Notes under the pieces: model-generated
What the model saw: only the letters and a program-made list of their open reading frames with translations
The model's database searches: none
Told to the model about the DNA's origin: nothing
DNA from: Alistipes sp.
GTDB lineage: Bacteria; Bacteroidota; Bacteroidia; Bacteroidales; Rikenellaceae
Direction: 5' to 3'
NCBI GenBank assembly: GCA_017623505.1
Contig: JAGAOZ010000005.1
Span: 112,710-176,709, forward strand
Length of the DNA stretch: 64,000 nt
Made by a program: the position numbers and the translations under genes
Part shown: positions 9,512 through 18,765 of the stretch, one piece after another
How the letters are laid out: each line of letters starts with the position of its first letter
How positions within the stretch are numbered: position 1 is the first letter of the stretch

Positions 9512-11083
9512 ATGAGATACTTTAAAAGTATATTTTTTCTGATTTGCCTGGCGATAGTTTCGTTTGCTACGTCGTGCGTTGAATCTGACGAGCTCTCATT
9601 TGAGCAGGTCGAGAAGATTTCGATGAAGGCTTGGATTGAGGCTAATCGTCCGGAGTTGATGGATAATTATCAGGAGCGTGGTGGCTATTATGTTGAGGTT
9701 CTCAGCGAGGGTGTCGCCGATAGTCTTCCTGTTCGTAATTTGGACTCTTGGGTGTGGCTGAAGATTACCTGTCGTGATTTACGAGGCAACGTAGTCCTTA
9801 CGCGTGACTCTGATATTGCTCAGATGCAGGGCTCTTATACCTCTTACACCCACTATTCTCCTTTCTTCTTATATTGCGGAACGGACAATACCTCGATGCC
9901 TGAGGGTACCTATATGTCATTGCGCAATAAGCTCAAGATTGGCGATAATCTGGAGTTCCAAGCTCGTTACGGCACTAAGCTGCGTCTTTATCTGCCATCT
10001 TCTGTCGGCACTAAGGACCAATCTATGGGTGGCGACGGTGGTTATGAGGGCCAGTTCGTTTTGGATGCCAATCGTCCTATGATTGTCGATGTTGAGGTTT
10101 GTGGTCACTTGACCAACCCTTTGGCTTATGAGGATGCTTGGGTACAGAGTTTTGCTAAGGCCAATGGCGATATTGTCCTTGCCGAGAAGAAGGAGGAGCA
10201 GACCTCGCAGATGCGTCGTGTGACACGAGGTGGTGAGGAGCAGGAGGAGGTTGTCTACGACGAGAAGTGGCATCCTGCCGTTGATTCTATTGCCGGACTA
10301 TATATCAACTACCGCTATACCCCTAAGAAGAGCCTTGAGTTCAACTGTTTGGCCGATACTACTATGTATGCCGACCAGACAATCTATAACAGTGGTAAGG
10401 TCTATCGTGTCAAGTCTCTTGCGCAGGTGAATCAGGAGATTGACGCTGCGTTGTTAAAGCGTTTTGGTGAGGGCCTTGACCCTGCCGAGGCTGAGGCTAT
10501 TGATTCTGTTAAGACTGCTAAGGTTTGGTACGTAACCCGCCTTTTGGACGGCTTTGTTGTCGATACCAATATTCCGGAGATTAAGGATATTCTCCATGAG
10601 GACTTCATTCAGGAGGACGAAGGTACCGCTTTGGATTTCCTCACAGGCGAAGATAACGCTGATGATAACTCCTATGTCGATGCTTGGAAGTATGCTATTC
10701 CTCAGATGAAGCTGGGTGCTTGGAATGCTATTTTGACCACTTCGTCAAATGCGTATGGAGCTACGGGCGTGTCGGGAACTCGTAAGACCAGCTCATCATC
10801 GAGCAACTACTACGATTACTACAACTATTATAACTACTATAACAGCTATTACGGCAACGGTTACTATAATAACTATTACAACAACTATTATGGTGGCTAC
10901 GGTGGTTATGGCAGTTATTACGGCGGTTATGGTTACTACCCTAATTATTATAATAGTATGTACTATAACAATTTCTATAATAATTCTTACACTACCGATA
11001 CTACCGAGTCGGAGACTGTTACCACCGAGATTCAACCTTATTCTCCGCTTCTGTTCCAAGTGTATATCGAAGCCAGAGATTAA
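9512..11083 (+). CDS. Lipoprotein with FKBP-like domain(s) and a Tyr/Asn/Gly-rich low-complexity insert
   Basis: Lipobox ATSC; VWYVTRLLDGFVVDTN, YVDAW, AYG and IQPYSPLLFQV match the FKBP pattern; YYN/GGY tract at 10805-10990. Confidence 0.7.
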   Translation: MRYFKSIFFLICLAIVSFATSCVESDELSFEQVEKISMKAWIEANRPELMDNYQERGGYYVEVLSEGVADSLPVRNLDSWVWLKITCRDLRGNVVLTRDSDIAQMQGSYTSYTHYSPFFLYCGTDNTSMPEGTYMSLRNKLKIGDNLEFQARYGTKLRLYLPSSVGTKDQSMGGDGGYEGQFVLDANRPMIVDVEVCGHLTNPLAYEDAWVQSFAKANGDIVLAEKKEEQTSQMRRVTRGGEEQEEVVYDEKWHPAVDSIAGLYINYRYTPKKSLEFNCLADTTMYADQTIYNSGKVYRVKSLAQVNQEIDAALLKRFGEGLDPAEAEAIDSVKTAKVWYVTRLLDGFVVDTNIPEIKDILHEDFIQEDEGTALDFLTGEDNADDNSYVDAWKYAIPQMKLGAWNAILTTSSNAYGATGVSGTRKTSSSSSNYYDYYNYYNYYNSYYGNGYYNNYYNNYYGGYGGYGSYYGGYGYYPNYYNSMYYNNFYNNSYTTDTTESETVTTEIQPYSPLLFQVYIEARD

Positions 11084-11102
11084 GCGTGTCGGTTGCAGAT
11101 TT

Positions 11103-11135
11103 AGGGGATTATCTATCGGGTAATCCTCTTTTTTT
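11103..11135 (+). terminator. Intrinsic terminator
   Basis: AGGGGATTA/TAATCCTCT stem followed by a T-run. Confidence 0.65.
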
Positions 11136-11258
11136 ACACTTTTCGATTATAAAATTTGGTTATAATAAAAATATGTAGTAATTTTATGATGAATTTGTGC
11201 GGGAGTGGCTGACTCCTGTTCTAAACCTAATAAACATAAACCTAAAAATAGTTCAATT

Positions 11259-11525
11259 ATGATTATTACATTTAACGAATTGCGTCGCATTAAGGACAAG
11301 TTGCCCAGTGGTAGCTCTCAGCGTATCGCTGACGAGCTGGGTATTGATGTAGAGACAGTACGTAACTACTTTGGTGGTAAGCACTTTGAGGCTAAGGCTT
11401 GTGCAGGTATCCATATCGAGCAGGGTCCTGATGGTGGCGTAGTTACATTGGATGATACTGCTATTTTGGACGCAGCTATGCGTATCCTCAACGAGGGTAA
11501 GGAAGAGGTTGCTGCTGAGGAGTAG
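11259..11525 (+). CDS. Small conserved Bacteroidetes HTH-like DNA-binding protein (start ATG 11259)
   Basis: TFNELRRIKDKLPSG...IADELGIDVETVRNYFGG HTH-like segment and GIHIEQGPDGG, recalled as a conserved Bacteroidales family. Confidence 0.7.
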   Translation: MIITFNELRRIKDKLPSGSSQRIADELGIDVETVRNYFGGKHFEAKACAGIHIEQGPDGGVVTLDDTAILDAAMRILNEGKEEVAAEE

Positions 11526-11547
11526 TCAGTGTCTTTTTTTATGTTGT

Positions 11548-11585
11548 ATCGGAATCTCCATAACGGAGGTTCCGATTTTTTTTAC
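11548..11585 (+). terminator. Intrinsic terminator
   Basis: ATCGGAATCTCC/GGAGGTTCCGAT stem followed by a T-run. Confidence 0.8.
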
Positions 11586-11603
11586 TTTTTCACTCCTCTT
11601 CCT

Positions 11604-11634
11604 AAAAGTGAAAACTGAAAACTGAAAAGTGAAA
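11604..11634 (+). repeat. Period-7 tandem repeat (AAAA[G/C]TG) x4
   Basis: aaaagtg aaaactg aaaactg aaaagtg aaa. Confidence 0.85.
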
Positions 11635-11890
11635 CCTTAATTTCAGCCATAGACTTTAGTTACCTTTAGTCACCATTGGCACCCTATGCCTGCACCTTTA
11701 TTATTTCTGTCATTTTGTCAGCCATTTTGTCAGTCGGGGAGAGCTTTTTGTCAGTAATTTGTGCCATAATCGACTATTTTGCGAGAAAAATATCTTTGGT
11801 ATAACCTTTGTTTATATTTATTGCGACAGCCGAGAAGCGAGGCTGTACGGATAAAGCAAATAGTAACAAAACAAATAAAAACAAAGAATT

Positions 11891-13792
11891 ATGGGAAAGA
11901 TTATTGGTATTGATTTGGGTACAACAAACTCTTGTGTATCTGTAATGGAGGGTAACGAGCCTGTGGTAATTACTAACGCTGAGGGCCACCGTACAACTCC
12001 TTCTGTTGTAGCTTTTACCGACGGTATGGAGCGTAAGGTTGGTGATCCTGCAAAGCGTCAGGCAATTACTAACCCTAAGCGTACAGTCTTCTCTATCAAG
12101 CGTTTTATGGGAGAGAAGTACGACAATGTAGCTAACGATATTGCTCGTGCACCTTATGCAATTGTTCGTGGCGATAATAACACCCCACGTGTTGATATTG
12201 ATGGTCGTCTTTACACTCCACAGGAGATTTCGGCTATCATCCTCCAGAAGATGAAGAAGACTGCTGAGGATTATCTCGGTCAGGAGGTTACTGAGGCTGT
12301 TGTAACTGTTCCTGCATATTTCTCTGACTCACAGCGTCAGGCTACTAAGGAGGCAGGTGAGATTGCTGGCTTGAAGGTTAGCCGTATCATCAACGAGCCT
12401 ACCGCTGCAGCTTTGGCATACGGCCTTGATAAGAAGGAGTCTGATATGAAGGTTGCGGTTTACGACCTTGGCGGTGGTACCTTCGATATCTCTATTTTGG
12501 AGTTGGGCGATGGTGTCTTTGAGGTTAAGTCTACCAACGGTGATACTCACCTCGGTGGTGACGATTTCGACCACGTATTGATTGACTATATGGCTGAGGC
12601 GTTTAAGGCTGAGCATCAGATTGATTTGCGTCAGGACCCAATGGCTTTGCAGCGTCTGAAGGAGGCTGCCGAGAAGGCAAAGATTGAGCTCTCTTCAACC
12701 ACTACCACAGAGATTAACCTCCCATACATTATGCCTGTTAATGGCATCCCACAGCACTTGGTAATGCCTTTGACACGTGCTAAGTTTGAGCAGTTGTGTG
12801 ACCATTTGGTGCAGAAGACTATCGAGCCATGCCGTATCGCGTTGCGTGACGCTGGTTTGAGTGCAAGTGACATCGACGAGGTTATCTTGGTAGGTGGTTC
12901 TACCCGTATCCCTGCCATCCAGCAGGTTGTTGAGCAGTTCTTTGGTAAGGCTCCTAATAAGTCGGTAAACCCTGATGAGGTTGTAGCTATCGGTGCTGCT
13001 ATCCAGGGTGGTGTTCTTACAGGAGAGGTTAAGGATGTGTTGTTGCTCGACGTAACTCCACTTTCACTCGGTATCGAGACTTTGAATGGTGTGTTTACTA
13101 AGCTTATCGAGGCTAACACCACTATCCCTACCCGCAAGAGTGAGGTCTTCTCTACTGCATCAGATAACCAGCCATCTGTTGAGATTAACGTATGCCAGGG
13201 TGAGCGCCCTATGGCTCGCGACAACAAGTCGCTCGGACGCTTCCACTTGGACGGCATCCCTGCAGCACCACGTGGTGTGCCACAGATTGAGGTTACATTT
13301 GACATCGACGCCAACGGTATCTTGAGCGTATCTGCTAAGGATAAGGGTACAGGTAAGGAGCAGAAGATTCGTATCGAGGCTTCAAGCGGTCTGACAGACC
13401 AGGAGATTCAGCGTATGCGTGACGAGGCTAAGGCTAACGAGGCTAAGGATAAGGCTGAGAAGGAGCGTGTTGATAAGATTAATGCTGCCGACTCTAATAT
13501 CTTCGCTACCGAGAAGCAGCTTAAGGAGTATGGCGATAAGCTCTCAGCTGATAAGAAGGGTGCTATCGAGGCTGCTTTGGCTAAGCTTAAGGAGGCTCAT
13601 AAGAATCAGGATATTGCAGCTATCGACTCATCTATCACAGAGCTCAACAACGCTTGGCAGGCAGCATCGCAGGATTTGTATGCTGCACAGCAGCAGGCTC
13701 AGCAGGCACAACAGACCCAGAACGCCCAGCAGGGTGGCCAGCAGCAGGGTGGCCAGCAGCCTGAGGATGTTGATTTCGAGGAGGTTAAGTAA
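11891..13792 (+). CDS. dnaK: Chaperone DnaK (Hsp70)
   Basis: [26 protein letters not shown]-terminal EDVDFEEVK. Confidence 0.99.
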   Translation: MGKIIGIDLGTTNSCVSVMEGNEPVVITNAEGHRTTPSVVAFTDGMERKVGDPAKRQAITNPKRTVFSIKRFMGEKYDNVANDIARAPYAIVRGDNNTPRVDIDGRLYTPQEISAIILQKMKKTAEDYLGQEVTEAVVTVPAYFSDSQRQATKEAGEIAGLKVSRIINEPTAAALAYGLDKKESDMKVAVYDLGGGTFDISILELGDGVFEVKSTNGDTHLGGDDFDHVLIDYMAEAFKAEHQIDLRQDPMALQRLKEAAEKAKIELSSTTTTEINLPYIMPVNGIPQHLVMPLTRAKFEQLCDHLVQKTIEPCRIALRDAGLSASDIDEVILVGGSTRIPAIQQVVEQFFGKAPNKSVNPDEVVAIGAAIQGGVLTGEVKDVLLLDVTPLSLGIETLNGVFTKLIEANTTIPTRKSEVFSTASDNQPSVEINVCQGERPMARDNKSLGRFHLDGIPAAPRGVPQIEVTFDIDANGILSVSAKDKGTGKEQKIRIEASSGLTDQEIQRMRDEAKANEAKDKAEKERVDKINAADSNIFATEKQLKEYGDKLSADKKGAIEAALAKLKEAHKNQDIAAIDSSITELNNAWQAASQDLYAAQQQAQQAQQTQNAQQGGQQQGGQQPEDVDFEEVK

Positions 13793-13846
13793 TTCCCTTT
13801 CGTAACACATTGTAGCCGAGTAATGTCGGCGGTTAGGTTAATAGTG

Positions 13847-13880
13847 AAAAATCCGGATTTGAATGGTCCGGATTTTTTTT
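13847..13880 (+). terminator. Intrinsic terminator after dnaK
   Basis: AAAATCCGGA/TCCGGATTTT stem followed by a T-run. Confidence 0.75.
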
Positions 13881-13924
13881 GTATGTTTGTATGTGTATTT
13901 TTTACAATGGTCTAAATCAGTACT

Positions 13925-15472
13925 ATGAAGATATTACCTCTGTTTCTGCTCGTTTTGCCTATGCTTGGTTGTTGTGGCTGCCAGACCTCTTTCCCCGATT
14001 ATTCCGGTAGTTTTCCCGATGCTCCGCCTGCTCTGGCCGAGCCCGATGGCCAGATAAACCTTGCGGCGGGTAAGTTTTATAGATTTTCAGTTACCCCTAT
14101 TGATGGTTGTGCCGATATATATCCTTGCCTCAATTATTCCGATGGCGTGTTGTTGACCGATGAGGCTTTGCAATCTTCTGTTACTGACGCTGTTATGGGT
14201 GTTGGTTGGCAGGGTGTTGCGAGTGTCGATATCGTGCTTGATTTAGGTTGCAAACGTGATATCTGGAATATCAAGCTCCACGCTATTAAGGGTCAGATTG
14301 CTGCCAATACTTTCGCTCTTCCATCCTCCGTTGTTGTATCGGCGAGCTCTGACAAATCTCAGTGGAGTGAAAATGTACCTCTTGCCATTGATGCTGTTAC
14401 GGGCTGGGCTATTGCTGGATATCATTTTGCCAACTGCCGCTATCTTCGCTTTGTCGTTTCCGCTCCTGCTCAATCCTATCAGCCGATGATGATTGATGAG
14501 GTTGAAGCATGGGGAGTGTTTGCGAATGAGATGAAGTATGTCCCCGAGGAGGGTGCCTACCACGGTGCTTTTAACAACTCGACCTCTTTTGCAGGCGAGC
14601 AGGGCAATAACTCTTGTCCGTTGGATCTTTTCGAGGAGAGGGTAGGCAAGCAAATCTCGCTTATGTTGTGGTATCAGGGTGCAAAGGATATGTCTCGTAA
14701 CTATGCCGAGATTATGAATATTCGCAGGGCCTATTCGGGTAAGAATTTCGATGGACAGTATCGCCTCTTTATCTACGGCTGGGAGCCTCCTTATCCTGCT
14801 GCCGAGCTTGCTATGGGCGTTATGGATGAGTATTACGATGCCTATTTCAAGGAGGTGCTTCAGACGCAGCGCGGTGATGATGATTGTGGTCCTGCGTGGT
14901 TTCGTCCCGCCAACGAGATGAACTCTAATTGGGTTGCGTGGGGTAACGATGCTCCTAATTTTGTAAGGTATTGGCGGCGAATGTATAACATAGCCGAGCA
15001 GGTGGGCATCACCGACTACAATGTCTTCGTTTGGTCGAGCAACGATATCTCATTTGGTGATTACGATATGAAATCCTATTACCCTGGCGACCAATATTGT
15101 GATTGGATTGGTACGAGTTGTTATTCTACGCAAAAGGTTGAATACGGCTATCCTTCGTGGCTGCTCAATGAGACGGAGAGTATATCGCCAGAGAAACCCG
15201 TGATGATTACCGAGGGCGGCTTTGGCCCTTCGCATTGCGATAATCTGCTATGGGTCAGCGAGTGGTTTGGCCTAAAGGATACCCATCCGCGAGTGAAGGG
15301 TGTGGTGTGGGAAAACCATAAGAGTAGTACCAACGACCGTCGTATTCATACCGATCCTGCCGCCTTGGCTTTGTATCGCGAGTTAGTGCAGGATGACTAT
15401 TGGCTCGATTATGTACCTGCGGATGTTTTGGCCGAGATGGCCGAGCGAAAATTACGCCAGAACGAGAGATGA
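13925..15472 (+). CDS. Lipoprotein with an F5/8-type-like beta-sandwich and a GH26-like catalytic domain
   Basis: Lipobox LGC; WFRPANEMNSNWVAW, YYPGDQYCDWIG, KPVMITEGG are GH26 clan-A motifs; IVLDLG...YLRFVV is discoidin-like. Confidence 0.7.
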   Translation: MKILPLFLLVLPMLGCCGCQTSFPDYSGSFPDAPPALAEPDGQINLAAGKFYRFSVTPIDGCADIYPCLNYSDGVLLTDEALQSSVTDAVMGVGWQGVASVDIVLDLGCKRDIWNIKLHAIKGQIAANTFALPSSVVVSASSDKSQWSENVPLAIDAVTGWAIAGYHFANCRYLRFVVSAPAQSYQPMMIDEVEAWGVFANEMKYVPEEGAYHGAFNNSTSFAGEQGNNSCPLDLFEERVGKQISLMLWYQGAKDMSRNYAEIMNIRRAYSGKNFDGQYRLFIYGWEPPYPAAELAMGVMDEYYDAYFKEVLQTQRGDDDCGPAWFRPANEMNSNWVAWGNDAPNFVRYWRRMYNIAEQVGITDYNVFVWSSNDISFGDYDMKSYYPGDQYCDWIGTSCYSTQKVEYGYPSWLLNETESISPEKPVMITEGGFGPSHCDNLLWVSEWFGLKDTHPRVKGVVWENHKSSTNDRRIHTDPAALALYRELVQDDYWLDYVPADVLAEMAERKLRQNER

Positions 15473-15560
15473 AATGATCTATCATTTACCTGGTAGATGT
15501 TTTTTTGCCAAAAGTCTGAAAAAACGATAGAAATAATTCGTGATTCAGACTTTTTTTTGC

Positions 15561-15568
15561 TATCTTTG
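15561..15568 (+). promoter_or_regulatory. -7 promoter element for secDF
   Basis: TATCTTTG about 72 nt upstream of ATG 15641. Confidence 0.65.
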
Positions 15569-15640
15569 TCGCCTATAATGTGCGAATATCTCGTACGGCG
15601 TAAGAAACAAATACTTAAAAACAATAAAATTCAAACTAAA

Positions 15641-18634
15641 ATGCAAAGTAAAGGTGCTATTAAGCTGTTCGCGATTCTGTTGGTAATCGCGAGTATCTAT
15701 GAGCTCTCGTTCTCGTTTGTTACACGAAGCGTAGAGAGTGATGCTAAGGAGTACGCTGCCAAGTTCGAGGAGAATCTGCGTGCCGATAAGGAGCAGTTCT
15801 ATCTCGATTCTATTGGTGATAGCGTTGTTTACAACCTTGGCGTTGTGAAGTATACTTACAACGAGTGTAAGAAGAAGGAGTTGAACCTCGGTTTGGACCT
15901 CAAGGGTGGTATGAACGTAACCTTGACCATCGATGTTCAGGATTTGGTTAGAGCGTTGGCTACCGACGAGGCTAAGAACTCTAAGGAGTTTGAGGCAGCT
16001 ATCCAGTCAGCCGTTAAGTCAGTAGACACAGGTGAGGCTGAGTTTGTTGATGCTTTCGTTGCTGCTTATGCTCAGAATGGCGGTTCATTGGTTAAGGCGT
16101 TCTCTAAGCCTGGCCGTAGCGATGTAGGTACAGACGAGAAGGTAACGAAGTTCTTGAAGAAGCAGTCTGAGGACGCTGTTAAGGCTTCTATGAATATCCT
16201 TACTACACGTATCGACCGTTTCGGTGTTGTTCAGCCTAACATTCAGGAGCTCGGTAACGGCCGTATCCAGGTTGAGCTTCCAGGTATCAAGGACCCTGAG
16301 CGCGTTCGTGACCTCTTGCAGGCATCTGCATCTTTGGAGTTCTGGAACTGCCACAAGAAAGAGAACATCAGCGGTGTGTTGGATAACATCAACCGTAAGA
16401 TTAGCACAATCGACTTGGATGCTGAGGCAGTAGAGGCTACTGAGCCTGTTGCTGAGGAGGTTGAGGCTACTGAGGTTGCTGAGGGCGCAGAGGCTACTGA
16501 GGCTGTTGAGGCAACAGAGGTTGCACCTTTGAAGCACTCTTTCTACTCTTTGGTTGATACTCTTTATAGCACTTATGGTATTGTCGGTGCTGCAACAGAG
16601 AGCGACATGGAGATTTTGGATAAGTATCTTGCTGACCCACGTGTTAAGGAGTTGATTCCTGATAACCTCCACTTTATGTGGAGCGTTAAGCCTGAGGAGT
16701 GGGCTGGTAACCGCTATATGTTGTATGCGTTGCGTTCAATCGACGGTAAGCCTGCATTGGACGGCGAGGCAGTAGACCGTTCACGTGCTGAATATAGCGA
16801 TAGAGGTACATCTGCTGAGGTTCACCTCGTGATGACAACCGACGGTGCTGCTGAGTGGGCACGTATCACTAAGCAGTTGGCTGAGGATCCAGATGCAAGA
16901 AACTATGAGAATGGTCTTCCTCTTGCTATCGTTATGGATAAGCGAGTTTACTCTGCACCGGGTGTAAAGGCTGAGATTAAGGGTGGTAACTCTGTTATCA
17001 GCGGTAACTTTACAATTGGTGAGGCTGAGGTTTTGGCTAACGTTTTGAACTCTGGTAAGGTTCCTGCTCCTGCACGTATCATCCAGGATACTGTTGTAGG
17101 TCCATCACTTGGTCAGGAGTCTATCAATGCCGGTTTGCTCTCATTTGCGTTGGCATTCTTGTTGGTACTGCTCTATATGGGCTTGTTCTATAAGACAGCA
17201 GGTTGGATTGCCGATATTGCTCTGTTGCTCAACGTTCTCTTCTTGATGGGTATTTTGGTATCGTTCGGTGCAGTTTTGACACTCCCTGGTATTGCGGGTA
17301 TCGTTCTTACTATGGGTATGGCTGTGGATGCTAACGTTATCATCTACGAGCGTATTAAGGAGGAGTTGCGTGGTGGTAAGGGTATCTCTACCGCTATCAA
17401 GGACGGTTTCTCTAACGCATACTCAGCAATTATCGACGGTAACTTGACAACTATCATTACCGGTGTTGTATTGTTCCTCTGCTCTAAGTTTATGATGGGT
17501 GGTGGTCCTGTTTTGGGCTTCGCTACAACTTTGGTAATCGGTATCTTGACTTCACTGTTTACAGCAATCTTCATCACTCGTTTGTTCTTGGATTGGATTG
17601 TTGCTAAGCGTGGTAAGGTATCATTCTCTCGCTCATGGTCAGAGAATTGGTTGGCTAACACTAAGTTCGACTTTATCGGTAAGCGTAAGTACTCATACAT
17701 CATCTCAGGTCTTGTTATCGTAGCATCTGTTATCTCACTCTGCTTCCACGGTTTGAATACAGGTGTAGACTTTACCGGTGGTCGTTCATATCAGGTACGC
17801 TTCGATAATACCGATATCTCTATCGACGAGATTCGTCAGAAGTTGGAGCAGACTTTGGTTAGCGACGATGCTGCAAGCTCTTCTGTTGAGGTTAAGCAGT
17901 TCGGTGAGGATAACCAGATTCGTATCACCACTCAGTATAAGCACGAGGATACCTCTGAGGCTACTACTAAGGAGGTTGATGGCTTGATTTACGAGGCATT
18001 GAAGGAGTTCTACAAGGAGCCTATCTCTCTTGAGGAGTTTACAAGTACTCAGGATAACCCTAACGGTATCGTATCTTCAGAGAAGATTGGTCCTGCTATC
18101 GCTAACGAGATGGTTCAGGGTGCTTTGTGGGCAATCCTTATCTCTCTGGTAGCTATCGGTCTTTACATCGTATTGCGATTTAAGCGTTGGCAGTGGGCAT
18201 TGGGTGCTACATTCGCTTTGGCTCATAATGCTTTCGTTGTAATCGGTATCTTCTCTATGTTGTATAGCTTCATGCCATTCAACTTGGAGGTTAATCAGGC
18301 CTTTATTGCAGCTATCTTGACAATTATCGGTTACTCTATCAACGATACAGTGGTTATCTTCGACCGTATCCGTGAGTACTTGGCACTCTATCCAAAGCGC
18401 AATATCCGTGCTAATATCAACAGCGCAATTAACTCTACACTCTCTCGTACGATGAATACCTCAGGTACCACTATCGTTACCTTGTTGGCTATCTTCATCT
18501 TCGGTGGTGAGAACTTGCGTGGTTTCGTATTCGCACTCTTGCTTGGTGTAATTATTGGTACTTACTCTTCAGTATTCATTGCAACACCTATTGCATACGA
18601 TATCTTGGGTAAGAAGAACAATAAGGAGGAGTAA
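15641..18634 (+). CDS. secDF: Fused protein translocase subunit SecDF (start MQSKG at 15641)
   Basis: LGLDLKGG, RIDRFGVVQP, GMAVDANV, GVDFTGG, GYSINDTVVIFDRIRE. Confidence 0.97.
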   Translation: MQSKGAIKLFAILLVIASIYELSFSFVTRSVESDAKEYAAKFEENLRADKEQFYLDSIGDSVVYNLGVVKYTYNECKKKELNLGLDLKGGMNVTLTIDVQDLVRALATDEAKNSKEFEAAIQSAVKSVDTGEAEFVDAFVAAYAQNGGSLVKAFSKPGRSDVGTDEKVTKFLKKQSEDAVKASMNILTTRIDRFGVVQPNIQELGNGRIQVELPGIKDPERVRDLLQASASLEFWNCHKKENISGVLDNINRKISTIDLDAEAVEATEPVAEEVEATEVAEGAEATEAVEATEVAPLKHSFYSLVDTLYSTYGIVGAATESDMEILDKYLADPRVKELIPDNLHFMWSVKPEEWAGNRYMLYALRSIDGKPALDGEAVDRSRAEYSDRGTSAEVHLVMTTDGAAEWARITKQLAEDPDARNYENGLPLAIVMDKRVYSAPGVKAEIKGGNSVISGNFTIGEAEVLANVLNSGKVPAPARIIQDTVVGPSLGQESINAGLLSFALAFLLVLLYMGLFYKTAGWIADIALLLNVLFLMGILVSFGAVLTLPGIAGIVLTMGMAVDANVIIYERIKEELRGGKGISTAIKDGFSNAYSAIIDGNLTTIITGVVLFLCSKFMMGGGPVLGFATTLVIGILTSLFTAIFITRLFLDWIVAKRGKVSFSRSWSENWLANTKFDFIGKRKYSYIISGLVIVASVISLCFHGLNTGVDFTGGRSYQVRFDNTDISIDEIRQKLEQTLVSDDAASSSVEVKQFGEDNQIRITTQYKHEDTSEATTKEVDGLIYEALKEFYKEPISLEEFTSTQDNPNGIVSSEKIGPAIANEMVQGALWAILISLVAIGLYIVLRFKRWQWALGATFALAHNAFVVIGIFSMLYSFMPFNLEVNQAFIAAILTIIGYSINDTVVIFDRIREYLALYPKRNIRANINSAINSTLSRTMNTSGTTIVTLLAIFIFGGENLRGFVFALLLGVIIGTYSSVFIATPIAYDILGKKNNKEE

Positions 18635-18661
18635 TTAGCTTAGCTAATTATCCGACAATTA

Positions 18662-18697
18662 GGGGTTGTAATCGTCGTGATTACAACCCTTTTTTTT
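18662..18697 (+). terminator. Intrinsic terminator after secDF
   Basis: GGGTTGTAATC/GATTACAACCC stem followed by a T-run. Confidence 0.85.
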
Positions 18698-18765
18698 GTC
18701 GCTGCGGCATATTCTGTTTGATGATTGTACGATAATGGAGATTTTTTTTTAACTTTGTCTCTTGT

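Noticed and set aside
10749-11123. Alternative-frame ORFs rich in Thr/Ile (+) and Ile/Val (-, 10796-11059)
   Set aside because: Frame shadows of the TAC/AAC-rich Tyr/Asn tract in 9512-11083
12631-13314. 227-aa antisense ORF within dnaK, and similar shadows in secDF, porX, radA and the PUL genes
   Set aside because: Strong codon bias of the real genes suppresses antisense stops; no motifs or independent start signals
15497-15640. Extended N-termini from the ORF track (secDF 15497, folP 19697, trx 27537, OmpH 8170, DUF4434 39730, ABC 60637, lipoprotein 31175)
   Set aside because: The extensions overlap promoters, terminators or neighbouring genes; downstream ATGs give canonical N-termini or signal peptides
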